A stretch of DNA of 64,000 nt from an uncultured Terracidiphilus sp. (GCA_964645855.1 CAZYDF010000007.1:6722-70721), one strand, 5' to 3'. Numbered from the stretch's first letter, positions 49,471 to 58,776 are shown. Made by a program: numbers and translations. Notes: generated from the sequence alone by a model not told the origin.

Positions 49471-50646
49471 ATGCCGACCCACGTACGCTCCCACGCAAAG
49501 ATCAACCTAGGACTGGCGATCGGGGCACCTCGCCCGGATGGCTTTCACGCGCTCTCGACCGTTTACCAGACCCTTGAAGTGCATGACACGGTAACAGTGA
49601 CGGCTTGGCAGGCTTCGCAAACGGTACTGCGCCTCACCTCGAACGACGAACGCGTCCCCACCGATGGCCGCAACACGGCCTGGAAGATGGCGGCGTTGGC
49701 GCTGGAGGCGCTGGGGATCACCGCTGAAGTGGAGATCCATATTGAGAAGCGGCTGCCGGTGCAGGGCGGGTTGGGAGCCGGCTCTGCCAACGCGGTGGCG
49801 GCACTGGTGGGGCTGGAGACGGAGTTGGGAATCTTTTCTGGCGGGTTGGCCGGCTGGCAGGTTGGCGAGTTGGCTGGTGTTTCGGGAGAAGATGCACCGT
49901 GCGATCCCACCCTTGCGGCAAAAGCGCCGCAAGGATGGGGTACCCGGAATGCCGGTGTTGACCGGCGCTGGTGGCTCTCCAAGCGGCTGGAGATTGCCGC
50001 CCGGGTGGGCTCGGATGTGCCTTTGTTTCTGATAGGTGGGGCCACGCTGGGGCTGGACCGGGGCCAGGAAGTCTTTCCCTTGCCGGACTTTGAGCCGGTG
50101 TGGTGCGTGGTGGCAACGCCCGAGGTTGGCGTATCCACTCCGCAGGCATTTCGCGACTGGGACGCCCATTGTTGGACGGAGGGTTTGACCGCGGAGCGCA
50201 GTGCCGGTAAACTAAGTGAGTTGAGCCATGCCTACGCGAGCGCCTTTGCGGGAGCAATCCCCGGAGGACAGCAGATGGCGGGCTCCTCCGGTGTCCCTTC
50301 CGAGTTTTCAATTGGCGGACGGGACCTGGCCGGGCCAACAGGGTCCGCGCTTGTCCGCACCGGGATTCTTTGCTGGATCGACAACGACTTCGAGCTTGTT
50401 GTCTTCCGCCAGCAGCCTTCCCTTGCAGAGATCAAGCGCATCCTTGCTGCCGCCGGTGAACCGGGGGCAGCTCTGCATGCTTCGCTTTCGGGGTCTGGTT
50501 CGGCACTTTTCGGGTTATACCTGACCCGGGAAGATGCGGAAGCAGCCTGCGAACGGTTGCGGTTGGCCGGAGTGAAAAGCGTTTTGACGCGCACACTTCC
50601 CCGCCGCGAGTATTGGAACGGGATGTTGACGTGCGGGGCGGATTGA
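49471..50646 (+). CDS. ispE: 4-diphosphocytidyl-2-C-methyl-D-erythritol kinase, 391 aa with internal insertions
   Basis: AKINL.L, KRLPVQGGLGAGSANA, GSDVP.F, NDFE, LSGSGSA.F. Confidence 0.92.
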   Translation: MPTHVRSHAKINLGLAIGAPRPDGFHALSTVYQTLEVHDTVTVTAWQASQTVLRLTSNDERVPTDGRNTAWKMAALALEALGITAEVEIHIEKRLPVQGGLGAGSANAVAALVGLETELGIFSGGLAGWQVGELAGVSGEDAPCDPTLAAKAPQGWGTRNAGVDRRWWLSKRLEIAARVGSDVPLFLIGGATLGLDRGQEVFPLPDFEPVWCVVATPEVGVSTPQAFRDWDAHCWTEGLTAERSAGKLSELSHAYASAFAGAIPGGQQMAGSSGVPSEFSIGGRDLAGPTGSALVRTGILCWIDNDFELVVFRQQPSLAEIKRILAAAGEPGAALHASLSGSGSALFGLYLTREDAEAACERLRLAGVKSVLTRTLPRREYWNGMLTCGAD

Positions 50647-50690
50647 CAGCCGTTTGTTCGGTGAGAAAGACTCGCCGTTGGCTGCCATGT

Positions 50691-50764
50691 TGGGCGATCG
50701 TCTAATGGTAGGACAGTGCCCTTTGGAGGCACTTGTCCAGGTTCGAATCCTGGTCGCCCAGCCA
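50691..50764 (+). tRNA. tRNA-Gln (anticodon TTG), CCA encoded
   Basis: GGGCGA/TCGCCC acceptor stem, GTGCC-CTTTGGA-GGCAC anticodon arm, GTTCGAATC T-loop; usual ispE-tRNA-Gln-prs synteny. Confidence 0.95.
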
Positions 50765-50823
50765 ATTTTCTACTGAAGTACCGAACAACTGCCAAAGCCA
50801 ACCAGCTTGGAGGGAATCGGAAG

Positions 50824-51927
50824 ATGGAAGCAGCAATCACGGTGACAGCGGAAGCGACGAAGACGGAGAGCACGCCGGTGGCTCAGAGCCCCGCGGTAAC
50901 AGGCAAAGCGCCGGTTGCTGGAGCGCCTGCCGCTGCCAAAGACGCCAAGACTGCCCCGGAGCGCAAACGGGTTCGCAATTTGAGCGAAGACAAGCGCTTC
51001 AAGCTTTTCAGTGGCACGGCCAACAAGCCGCTTGCCGAAAAGGTCGCCCAGCAGATCGGCGTGTCGGTGGGTGAGGTTCGCATCCAGCGTTTTGCCGATG
51101 GCGAAGTCTACTTCCAACTGCTTGAAAATGTCCGCGGCCAGGACGTGTTTGTTGTCCAGCCCACCTGCTTTCCGGTCGACCAGCACCTGGTTGAGCTTTT
51201 GATCATGATTGACGCGCTGAAGCGCGCCTCGGCCGCCCGCATTACCGTGGTGGTTCCCTATTACGGCTACGCCCGCCAGGACCGCAAAGACCGGCCCCGC
51301 GTAGCCATCAGCGCCAAGCTTGTGGCTGACCTGCTGACCACAGCCGGCGCCCATCGGGCGCTGTTTGTTGACTTGCACGCCGCGCAGATCCAAGGCTTTT
51401 TCAATATCCCCGTGGATCACCTGTTTGCCTCGCCGGTTCTGGTGAGCTACTTCCGCGAGCGCAATCTGCCCAACCTGATCGTGGTTTCGCCGGACGCCGG
51501 TGGGGTGGAGCGGGCGCGCTTCTTTGCGCAGAAGATTGGCGCTCCGCTGGCCATTGTGGACAAGCGCCGCACCGACCTCAACGTAACCGAAGTGATGCAC
51601 GTGATCGGCGACGTGAAGGGCAAGACCTGCCTGATCATTGACGACATTATCGACACCGCGGGAACGCTGGTGAAGACCGTGGACGCGCTCTACGCGAACG
51701 GCGCCGCCAAGGTTCATGCCTGCGCCAGCCACGCCGTGCTTTCCGGCCCTGCCGTGGAGCGCATCGCCAATTCGCGTCTGGAAGAAGTGATTGTGACCGA
51801 TTCGATTCCGCTGCGCGAAGCTGCGCAGAAGCTGGACAAGATCAAGGTGGTTTCGATTGCCGGCCTGGTGGCCGCTGCCATTGAGAATATCCACCTGGAG
51901 ACCAGCGTCAGCACCTTGTTTTCTTAA
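50824..51927 (+). CDS. prs: Ribose-phosphate pyrophosphokinase with Ala/Pro-rich N-terminal extension
   Basis: RFADGE, PYYGYARQDRK, VSPDAGG, IDDIIDTAGT. Confidence 0.96.
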   Translation: MEAAITVTAEATKTESTPVAQSPAVTGKAPVAGAPAAAKDAKTAPERKRVRNLSEDKRFKLFSGTANKPLAEKVAQQIGVSVGEVRIQRFADGEVYFQLLENVRGQDVFVVQPTCFPVDQHLVELLIMIDALKRASAARITVVVPYYGYARQDRKDRPRVAISAKLVADLLTTAGAHRALFVDLHAAQIQGFFNIPVDHLFASPVLVSYFRERNLPNLIVVSPDAGGVERARFFAQKIGAPLAIVDKRRTDLNVTEVMHVIGDVKGKTCLIIDDIIDTAGTLVKTVDALYANGAAKVHACASHAVLSGPAVERIANSRLEEVIVTDSIPLREAAQKLDKIKVVSIAGLVAAAIENIHLETSVSTLFS

Positions 51928-51928
51928 G

Positions 51929-52170
51929 AGCAGCTTTTAGCTGCTAGCTCCTAGCTTCCAGCTGGAGCATGGGAAGGTTAGCCTCTGCGGCAACGCAGGG
52001 GAGAAGGCTTGAAGAAGATGCCGGAAGGAAGTTATTCCGGTTCCGTTGGAAACAAGCGGCTAGGAGCTAGAGGCTAGAAGCTGATAGCTGCTTTTAACAA
52101 AGGGAGCGGGGTTTGACGGTGTGCACCCGAAGGGTGCGGCTAGTAGCTGGAAGCTAATAGCTAGAAGCTG
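51929..52170. repeat. Degenerate 7-mer arrays (NNTAGCT / AGCTANN) in inverted arrangement
   Basis: 51929-51963 is complementary to 52058-52092; a third array lies at 52139-52170. Confidence 0.75.
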
Positions 52171-52202
52171 TTCTTCCGTGCCCGAGAGAAACGAGAGAGA
52201 GA

Positions 52203-52865
52203 ATGCCTGAAGTAGTGATCGCCAAAGCCCGTGTGGGCAAGTTCAATAAGAATGCGGCTCGCCGCGTACGTGTTGCTGGCAAGATTCCCGCAGTGATTTA
52301 TGGTCCCGGTGCCGATCCGGTGGCTCTTGAAGTGGAACCGAAGGCGATCGAGCGGATTCTGTTCTCCGAGTCGGGCCACAACACGATTTTCGACGTGCAG
52401 GTTGCCGGTCAGCCGGACGTGAAGGCCATGATCGTGGACTGGCAGCGTGAGCCGCTGAAGGATCTGCTGATCCACATCGACATGAAGCGTATTGCCCTGG
52501 ACAAGAAGCTGAAGGTCAGCGTCCGCGTGAAGCTGCTGGGCGTGCCTGCTGGCGTCAAGAACGAAGGCGGCATTCTGGATCAGGTTCTGCGCGAAGTTGA
52601 GATCGAGTGCCTGCCGGGCGACATCCCCAGCCACATCGACGTGGATGTGTCGGGTATGGGTCTGCATGGCGTTATCCGCGTCAGCGATCTGCCGCACTCT
52701 GACAAGGTGACCTACACCAATGCGGAAGACGCGACCGTGGCGCACGTGGTGGCGATCAGAGAAGAAGCTGCCGCGGTGGTTGCGGAAGTGGCTGCTGCTG
52801 AGCCTGAGGTTGCCAAAAAGGGCAAGGTTGAAGTGGCCCCCAAGGCAGCAGAGGCAAAGAAGTAA
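52203..52865 (+). CDS. rplY: 50S ribosomal protein L25 / Ctc
   Basis: KNAARRVR..GKIPAVIYG, HID, GVKNEGG.L. Confidence 0.95.
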   Translation: MPEVVIAKARVGKFNKNAARRVRVAGKIPAVIYGPGADPVALEVEPKAIERILFSESGHNTIFDVQVAGQPDVKAMIVDWQREPLKDLLIHIDMKRIALDKKLKVSVRVKLLGVPAGVKNEGGILDQVLREVEIECLPGDIPSHIDVDVSGMGLHGVIRVSDLPHSDKVTYTNAEDATVAHVVAIREEAAAVVAEVAAAEPEVAKKGKVEVAPKAAEAKK

Positions 52866-52868
52866 CTC

Positions 52869-53537
52869 TTGGTGGATACGATCCAGCCTAGAGAGCGCCG
52901 GGGCCCATTCCTTGTGGTGGGTCTCGGCAATCCCGGCGCAGAGTACCAGTGGACGCCGCACAATGCGGGGTTCATGGCCATTGACCGCATCGCCCTGCAA
53001 GAAGGGGTGGTGGTCCAGAACCGGCGCTGCCGGGCCGCTACCGCAACCTGCCGCATGGCTGGGCGCGAAGTGATCCTGGCCAAGCCGGAGACGTTCATGA
53101 ACCTGAGCGGGCTGGCCGTAGCCGCACTGGTTCGGGAGTTTGAGGCTGACCCGGCGCAAGACCTGCTGGTCCTTTACGACGAGCTGGATTTGACGCTGGG
53201 CAAACTCAAGATCAGGGAGCGCGGTTCGGCTGCCGGGCACAACGGAGCCCGCAGCATTATCGGCGCCCTGGGAAATCAGGAGTGGTTGCGCCTGCGCATT
53301 GGCGTGGGGCTCGATCTTCCACCTGCAGCCCTTGCGGCTGGCGGAGGCAGACGTCCTGGGAAGGACTACCTGCTCTCGCCCATGCGCAAGGCGGATTTGA
53401 CGGTACTGGACGAGGTGCTGGACCGCGTGGCAACCGCTACACGGCGCATTCTCGAACTGGGACCGGCAGCCGCGATGAACGAGTTCAACCGCAAGGAAGA
53501 CAGGGATCAGGGATCAGGGATCAGGGATCAGAATTAG
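52869..53537 (+). CDS. pth: Peptidyl-tRNA hydrolase
   Basis: VVGLGNPG..Y..T.HNAGF, KPETFMNLSG, YDELDL, GHNG, RLRIGV. Confidence 0.95.
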   Translation: MVDTIQPRERRGPFLVVGLGNPGAEYQWTPHNAGFMAIDRIALQEGVVVQNRRCRAATATCRMAGREVILAKPETFMNLSGLAVAALVREFEADPAQDLLVLYDELDLTLGKLKIRERGSAAGHNGARSIIGALGNQEWLRLRIGVGLDLPPAALAAGGGRRPGKDYLLSPMRKADLTVLDEVLDRVATATRRILELGPAAAMNEFNRKEDRDQGSGIRDQN

Positions 53538-53623
53538 AAACTGCTGCAAACTGAGATCTTTTGAACTGTGAATTGAGTGTTGAGGGCTGGAGGCTAAGTT
53601 ACCCCAGCGGAAAAGGAAACCGG

Positions 53624-54118
53624 ATGTCCCGTTTGTATGAGGTTATGTTCATTGTTCGGCCCGATGTGGCCGAAGAGGATGCCGACAAGCTGATCGCCGG
53701 CTTTTCCACCACCGTCACCAATGGCGGCGGGTTGGTTAAGTCGGTCGAGAAGATGGGCCGGCGCAAGCTCGCCTACACGGTGCGCAAGTTCAACGACGGC
53801 AACTACGTTCTGCTCACCATCGAGGCCAACGGCGCGGTGGTGCTGGAGCTGGAGCGCCGTTTGCGCGTTACCGAGCCGGTGATCAAGTTCATCACCGTGC
53901 GCATTGACGAGGAAGAGAAGCGTCTGGCCAAGGTTCGGGCTCTGCGCGGCACTCGCCGCAAGGTGAGCGCCGAGGTTTCGGCTCCGGCTCCAGTTGCCGC
54001 CGCTCCGGCCCCGGTTGCTGCTCCTGTAGCTGCCCCGGTTGTGGTTGAGGCTCCTGCTCCGGTTGCGGTTGAAGTTGCCGTTGAGGCCGCCGTTGAAACT
54101 GCAGAGCCGACCGTCTAG
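53624..54118 (+). CDS. rpsF: 30S ribosomal protein S6
   Basis: YEVMFIVRPD, MGRRKLAY.V.K, ELERRLR. Confidence 0.95.
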   Translation: MSRLYEVMFIVRPDVAEEDADKLIAGFSTTVTNGGGLVKSVEKMGRRKLAYTVRKFNDGNYVLLTIEANGAVVLELERRLRVTEPVIKFITVRIDEEEKRLAKVRALRGTRRKVSAEVSAPAPVAAAPAPVAAPVAAPVVVEAPAPVAVEVAVEAAVETAEPTV

Positions 54119-54224
54119 TTTTTGAGTTCAACGCCGCGCGGATCACTCCGCGAGCGGCCCGATCCTGAGCCGGTGGCTGGCGCAAACGCGCTACCAGTGG
54201 CCAACCGAGTAAAGAGGAAACAGT

Positions 54225-54599
54225 ATGTCCGAAGAGACTCAAGGCAAGGCGCCGGAGACCGGCGCAAGCGCAGCACCCCAGGCAGCAGCCGGCGAACCGG
54301 TTGCCGCTCCAGCTCCCAGCCGCGCCCCGCGTTCGGGCGGCCCTGGCGGCCGTCCGGGCGGTGGTCCTGGTGGCCGTGGCAAGTTCTTCCGCCGCAAGAA
54401 GGTCTGCAAGTTCTGCACCGAGAAGATTGACGCCATCCCCTACCGCGATGTGCGCCTTCTGCAGGGCTTTGTGGCCGAGCGTGGCAAGATTGTGCCCCGT
54501 CGTCTGACCGGCGTTTGCACTACGCACCAGCGGCGTTTGACGCGTGCAATCAAGCAGGCGCGTAACATTGCTCTGCTGCCGTTCGCCACCCGCCACTAA
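54225..54599 (+). CDS. rpsR: 30S ribosomal protein S18 (Zn-binding form)
   Basis: [32 protein letters not shown]. Confidence 0.96.
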   Translation: MSEETQGKAPETGASAAPQAAAGEPVAAPAPSRAPRSGGPGGRPGGGPGGRGKFFRRKKVCKFCTEKIDAIPYRDVRLLQGFVAERGKIVPRRLTGVCTTHQRRLTRAIKQARNIALLPFATRH

Positions 54600-54717
54600 A
54601 CTGCCGCAAGGTGGCTAAGTGGATATGTGACTAGGTGGCTGGGGAATCCCAGCCGGGACTTAGTCACCTGGTCACGTGGTCACTTAGCACCTGTCGTTGA
54701 AACATTGGAGAATTTCG

Positions 54718-55227
54718 ATGGAAATCATTCTGAAGCAAGACGTAGAAAACCTGGGTCACCGCGGCGAAGTGGTGAAGGTGGCTGACGGCTACGCTCGCAA
54801 CTTTCTGCTGCCCAAGAAGATGGCGATGCAGGCAACTACATCCAACAAGGCCGTCATTGAGCAGATGAAGAGCTCCGCTACGCGCCGCTCGGCTGCCGAG
54901 AAGACCGTGGCCGAGGAAGTAGCTGCGAAGCTGGCCCCCGTGGTGCTCACCTTTACGCGCAAGTCTGGCGAAGAGGGTCACCTGTTTGGTTCGGTCACCT
55001 CGGCCGACATCGCGCAAGAGCTCGCCACCAAGGGCTTTGAGATTGATCGCCGCAAGATCGTTCTCGCTGACCCGCTCAAGACCGTAGGCGAGACCTCGGT
55101 TGGCATCAAGCTGCACCGCGAAGTGATCGCACAGATCACGGTGCAGGTTGTGGCCGAGGCCACTGAGGAAGCCGCCGTTGAGGCAGCTCCCGCAGCAGTT
55201 GTGACTGAAACCGCCGTAACCGAGTAA
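54718..55227 (+). CDS. rplI: 50S ribosomal protein L9
   Basis: LG..GEVVKVADGYARNFLLP, LFGSVT. Confidence 0.96.
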   Translation: MEIILKQDVENLGHRGEVVKVADGYARNFLLPKKMAMQATTSNKAVIEQMKSSATRRSAAEKTVAEEVAAKLAPVVLTFTRKSGEEGHLFGSVTSADIAQELATKGFEIDRRKIVLADPLKTVGETSVGIKLHREVIAQITVQVVAEATEEAAVEAAPAAVVTETAVTE

Positions 55228-55251
55228 CTCCGGCCGTAGCCGAGAAAACCC

Positions 55252-55283
55252 GCTCCGCCTTGCCGTCGCAGGGCGGAGCATTT
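55252..55283 (+). terminator. Intrinsic terminator of the rpsF-rpsR-rplI operon
   Basis: GCTCCGCC..GGCGGAGC-ATTT. Confidence 0.65.
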
Positions 55284-55410
55284 CTATGCCTGGATGGCGA
55301 AGATGCTGACATGGGCGTTGTCTTCCTCGCACTGCGGAAGATGGCGCGTTCTCTGGTCCCCGGAAGTAGATGAGCCAAGTTAGAGCATTTTTCCTTTTGC
55401 TGTAGACTCC

Positions 55411-55646
55411 CGTGCCCCATCCATTTCGGCGTTCTTTGCAGAAATGGGTGGGATACCTATGAAATTCAGGCCTACTCCATCTCAGAGAATGCTCTTGGAG
55501 TTGGAGGCCGTCTCGTGCGCCCCGCCGGGGCGCAGACCTCAGCTTTGGCCGCTGCCCCAGGATTTCCGCTGCCCCGTCCCTTCGCACGGCTCAGTGACGG
55601 TTCGGCGTCCATCCTGGGCTATTCTCGTTCGGCCCCTCCCGGGGCC
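55411..55646. repeat. Family B REP (55411-55453) plus solo REPIN (55516-55646)
   Basis: GTGCCCCATCC..GGGTGGGA; GCGCCCC-GCC-GGGGCGC ... CCCAGG..CCTGGGCTA ... GGCCCC-TCCC-GGGGCC. Confidence 0.75.
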
Positions 55647-55767
55647 AGTGGACAAAGTAAGTGGCTGACAGAAATTTCTCAACAGACATAGCGGCGTTTG
55701 CGCACACCAATCTCATGTGCTGCCGTCGAAATAGATGTTTCTCCTCAGACTCAACCAAAGTTGGCAA

Positions 55768-56706
55768 ATGAGATTTTCTCGTTTCTCCCATTCACTATGG
55801 GTCCTTCTACCAGGTTTTGCGTGGCTTGCAATGTCCTTGGTGGGGAAGGCACAGGAAGCGCCGGCAACGCGCGGTGCAATGGGGCTTGTGGGGCAGGTAT
55901 CGAAGGTGACGGAGCAAGAAGCGCTGGACGCATTCGACGAACCCTTCAGGATTACTATCACCAGATTCTCGCGAGATGGGCACATCCTTGAAGTTTCCTG
56001 CCCTCAGAACACCTACCAATGCCAAGCAAGGATTCTCGAATGGCAGGGAGACTTCGAGATCTCTGAGCAACAGGATCGTGATTTTTTCGTTCACATGATC
56101 TCCTTTGAAAGAGATCAGAACGGAGAGCTTCGGGAGAAGGGCATTTCAGATACGTGGAAGAAGGTTGATTCTCAGTCTGTTTCTGAGATCCACTACAGGC
56201 ACAGCGCTTCGGGAGATGAAACCAGCACGGTTGAAAACGGCGTCGTAATCAAGAAGACAGTGAGAACTGCGTTGGATAGAGAGGGTGCAGTTCAGATTGA
56301 CTCGACGCGATGCCGCTGGGTGACTCCAGATGTGTGCCGCTTGGACGACCATTCAACCAGCATCGAAACCACTCGACATCTTCCAGACGGCAGCACGAGT
56401 GTAACTACCGAGCAGGGAACATATAAGAACGTCAAAATTCAGGACGCCAATGGATCTTTGCTCGAAGAACGCACGGAATCCCCTGGACACTTTGGTCGCA
56501 TCACTCATAAATACAACGCCAGCGGCTGGGAGACAGAACGGTCGGAGTGGAGGCGTTGCGGCCATCGAATCAACTGGACCCTCTCAGCCTACGAAGTGGA
56601 TTCGCACGGCAACTGGATCAAGCAAACGGAATACTTCAACTCCAACGCCATGGAGGACGAAGTTCCAGGCAATGTGACCACGCGGAAGATCGAATACTAC
56701 GACTAG
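55768..56706 (+). CDS. Secreted hypothetical protein with YD-like C-terminal repeats
   Basis: Signal-like N-terminus; YNASG, YEVDSHGNWIK, RKIEYY; weaker GC3 than neighbours. Confidence 0.65.
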   Translation: MRFSRFSHSLWVLLPGFAWLAMSLVGKAQEAPATRGAMGLVGQVSKVTEQEALDAFDEPFRITITRFSRDGHILEVSCPQNTYQCQARILEWQGDFEISEQQDRDFFVHMISFERDQNGELREKGISDTWKKVDSQSVSEIHYRHSASGDETSTVENGVVIKKTVRTALDREGAVQIDSTRCRWVTPDVCRLDDHSTSIETTRHLPDGSTSVTTEQGTYKNVKIQDANGSLLEERTESPGHFGRITHKYNASGWETERSEWRRCGHRINWTLSAYEVDSHGNWIKQTEYFNSNAMEDEVPGNVTTRKIEYYD

Positions 56707-57521
56707 CTCTGCGGGCGAATCCTCGCCAGCGGCTGGCTGCGGTCGGAGCGCATGGTGGGGACGGCGGCGAGCAGGCTTTTGGTGTATTCGTGCTCGGGAT
56801 GGGTGAGGAGCTGAGCGCAGGGCCCTTGTTCCACGATCTCGCCAGCGCGCATCACGGCCACGCGGCTGGCCACTTGCCCCACTACCGCCAGATCATGCGA
56901 AATAAACAGCATGGAGAGCTTGTGCTCAATTTGCAGAGCCCGCAGCAGGTCCAGAATCTGGGCCTGAACCGTGACGTCGAGAGCGGTGGTGGGCTCGTCG
57001 GCGATGAGCAGCCGGGGCTTGTTGATGAGCGCCATGGCGATCAGCACGCGCTGGCGCTGGCCACCGGAGAGCTGGTGGGGAAAGTCGTTGTAGCGGCGGG
57101 CGGCGTCGGGAATGCCGACGGCCTCAAGCGCCTCAATGGTCTTGCGGCTGGATTCGTGCCGGCTCCAGTGGGAGGAGTGCGCCTGAACGGCTTCCGCGAT
57201 CTGGCTGCCGATGGTCAGCACCGGATTGAGCGCGGTCATGGGCTCCTGGAAGATCATGGCAATCTGGCTGCCGCGCAGACTACGCAACTGGCCACTGGCC
57301 AAGCCAAGGAGGTCTCTTCCAAGGAAAGAGATCTGCCCGTTGACCGTTGCCGTGGGAGGCAGCAGGCCGGGGATGGCCAGAGCGGTGGCGCTTTTGCCGG
57401 AGCCTGACTCGCCCACCAAGCCCAAGACCTCGCCCTCTTCGAGGGTGAGGTTGATGCCCTTGACGGCGCAGGTAGTGCCAAAGTGAACGCTCAGGTTGGA
57501 GATTTGGAGGAACGGGGCCAT
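56703..57521 (-). CDS. Peptide/nickel ABC transporter ATP-binding protein (DppD/OppD-like)
   Basis: [48 protein letters not shown]. Confidence 0.9.
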   Translation of the reverse strand: MAPFLQISNLSVHFGTTCAVKGINLTLEEGEVLGLVGESGSGKSATALAIPGLLPPTATVNGQISFLGRDLLGLASGQLRSLRGSQIAMIFQEPMTALNPVLTIGSQIAEAVQAHSSHWSRHESSRKTIEALEAVGIPDAARRYNDFPHQLSGGQRQRVLIAMALINKPRLLIADEPTTALDVTVQAQILDLLRALQIEHKLSMLFISHDLAVVGQVASRVAVMRAGEIVEQGPCAQLLTHPEHEYTKSLLAAVPTMRSDRSQPLARIRPQS

Positions 57522-57578
57522 AGCCTCATCGTAGTGCATCGGGCTGGCTGGAGTTTCTTCCGGGGCGAGCGGAAAAGG

Positions 57579-57604
57579 AAAAGGGCAGCCATCAGGCTGC
57601 CCTT
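57579..57604 (-). terminator. Intrinsic terminator after tal
   Basis: AAGGGCAGCC / GGCTGCCCTT stem with U-run on the minus strand. Confidence 0.7.
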
Positions 57605-57662
57605 CTGTTCGAATCGAACGGAACGCCTGAACAGACGCTGCCGTGCGGATGGTGTGGAACGA

Positions 57663-58670
57663 TCAGGCCTGCGCGGCGGCAGGCAGGCGCATCTCCATCA
57701 TGGCCAGGCGGACACTGAGCAGCGCCTCCAGCTTGACGAGCGCGGCGGTGAAGCCTTCTATGCCTTCCTTGAGCTTCTCGCTGGCCATGCGGTCGCCGTC
57801 GTGCATGAACTCGAAGACGTCCTTGTCCATGACGATGCGCTCCATGCGCATGGCAGGAACCAATTCGGGGTCGAGCTTGCGTTCCAGCTCGCCCTGCGCG
57901 GCCTCAAGCTCGGCCAGCAGGTTGGGGGAGATGGTGAGCAGGTCGCAGCCGGCCAGCTCAATGATCTCGCCGGTGTTGCGGAAGCTGGCGCCCATGACCT
58001 GGGTCTTGAAGCCGAACTTCTTGTAGTAGTTGTAGATGCGGGTCACGCTCTTGACGCCTGGGTCATCCGCGCCAACGTACTCCTTGCCGGTGTCCTTCTT
58101 GTACCAGTCGAGGATGCGGCCGACAAAGGGCGAGATGAGGGTGACGCCAGCCTCAGCGCAGGCAATGGCTTGGTGGAGGCCAAAAAGCAGGGTGAGGTTG
58201 CAGTGGATGCCCTCCTGCTCCAGAACCTTGGCGGCCTGGATGCCTTCCCAGGTGGCGGCAATCTTGATCAGGATGCGATCGCGGCCAATGCCGGCGGCAT
58301 CATACTGGGCAATGATGCTGCGGCCCTGCTTGATCGTGGCTTCGGTGTCGTAGGAGAGGCGGGCATCCACTTCCGTGGAGACGCGGCCGGGGACGATGGC
58401 CAGGATCTTCTTGCCGAAGGCGACGGCTAGCCGCTCAAAGGCGAGGTGGACGACGATCTCCTCGCGGGCGTCAGGGCCAAGCTCCTTGCGGGCCTCGGCC
58501 AGAACGCTGTCCACAATAGGCTGATACTGCGGCATCTGCGCGGCGGCGGTGATCAGCGAGGGGTTGGTGGTGGCATCCTCGGGGCGAAACTTCTCCATCG
58601 CCTCGATGTCGCCGGTGTCGGCGACGACCTTGGTGACCTTACGCAATTGCTCCAGCAAACTCTCGGACAT
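57663..58670 (-). CDS. tal: Transaldolase
   Basis: [51 protein letters not shown]. Confidence 0.96.
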   Translation of the reverse strand: MSESLLEQLRKVTKVVADTGDIEAMEKFRPEDATTNPSLITAAAQMPQYQPIVDSVLAEARKELGPDAREEIVVHLAFERLAVAFGKKILAIVPGRVSTEVDARLSYDTEATIKQGRSIIAQYDAAGIGRDRILIKIAATWEGIQAAKVLEQEGIHCNLTLLFGLHQAIACAEAGVTLISPFVGRILDWYKKDTGKEYVGADDPGVKSVTRIYNYYKKFGFKTQVMGASFRNTGEIIELAGCDLLTISPNLLAELEAAQGELERKLDPELVPAMRMERIVMDKDVFEFMHDGDRMASEKLKEGIEGFTAALVKLEALLSVRLAMMEMRLPAAAQA

Positions 58671-58776
58671 GAATTCCTCCAGGGGAAGGCTCCCAACAAT
58701 CGGAAATGCTACGCCTCCTCAGTTTATCTCTAATGAAGATGCGTGGGTTGGAGTTCCGATGCACTGCATTCCCACT

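Noticed and set aside
50691..50830. Genomic island integrated at tRNA-Gln
   Set aside because: prs follows within 60 bp; no integrase or duplicated tRNA 3' end was seen.
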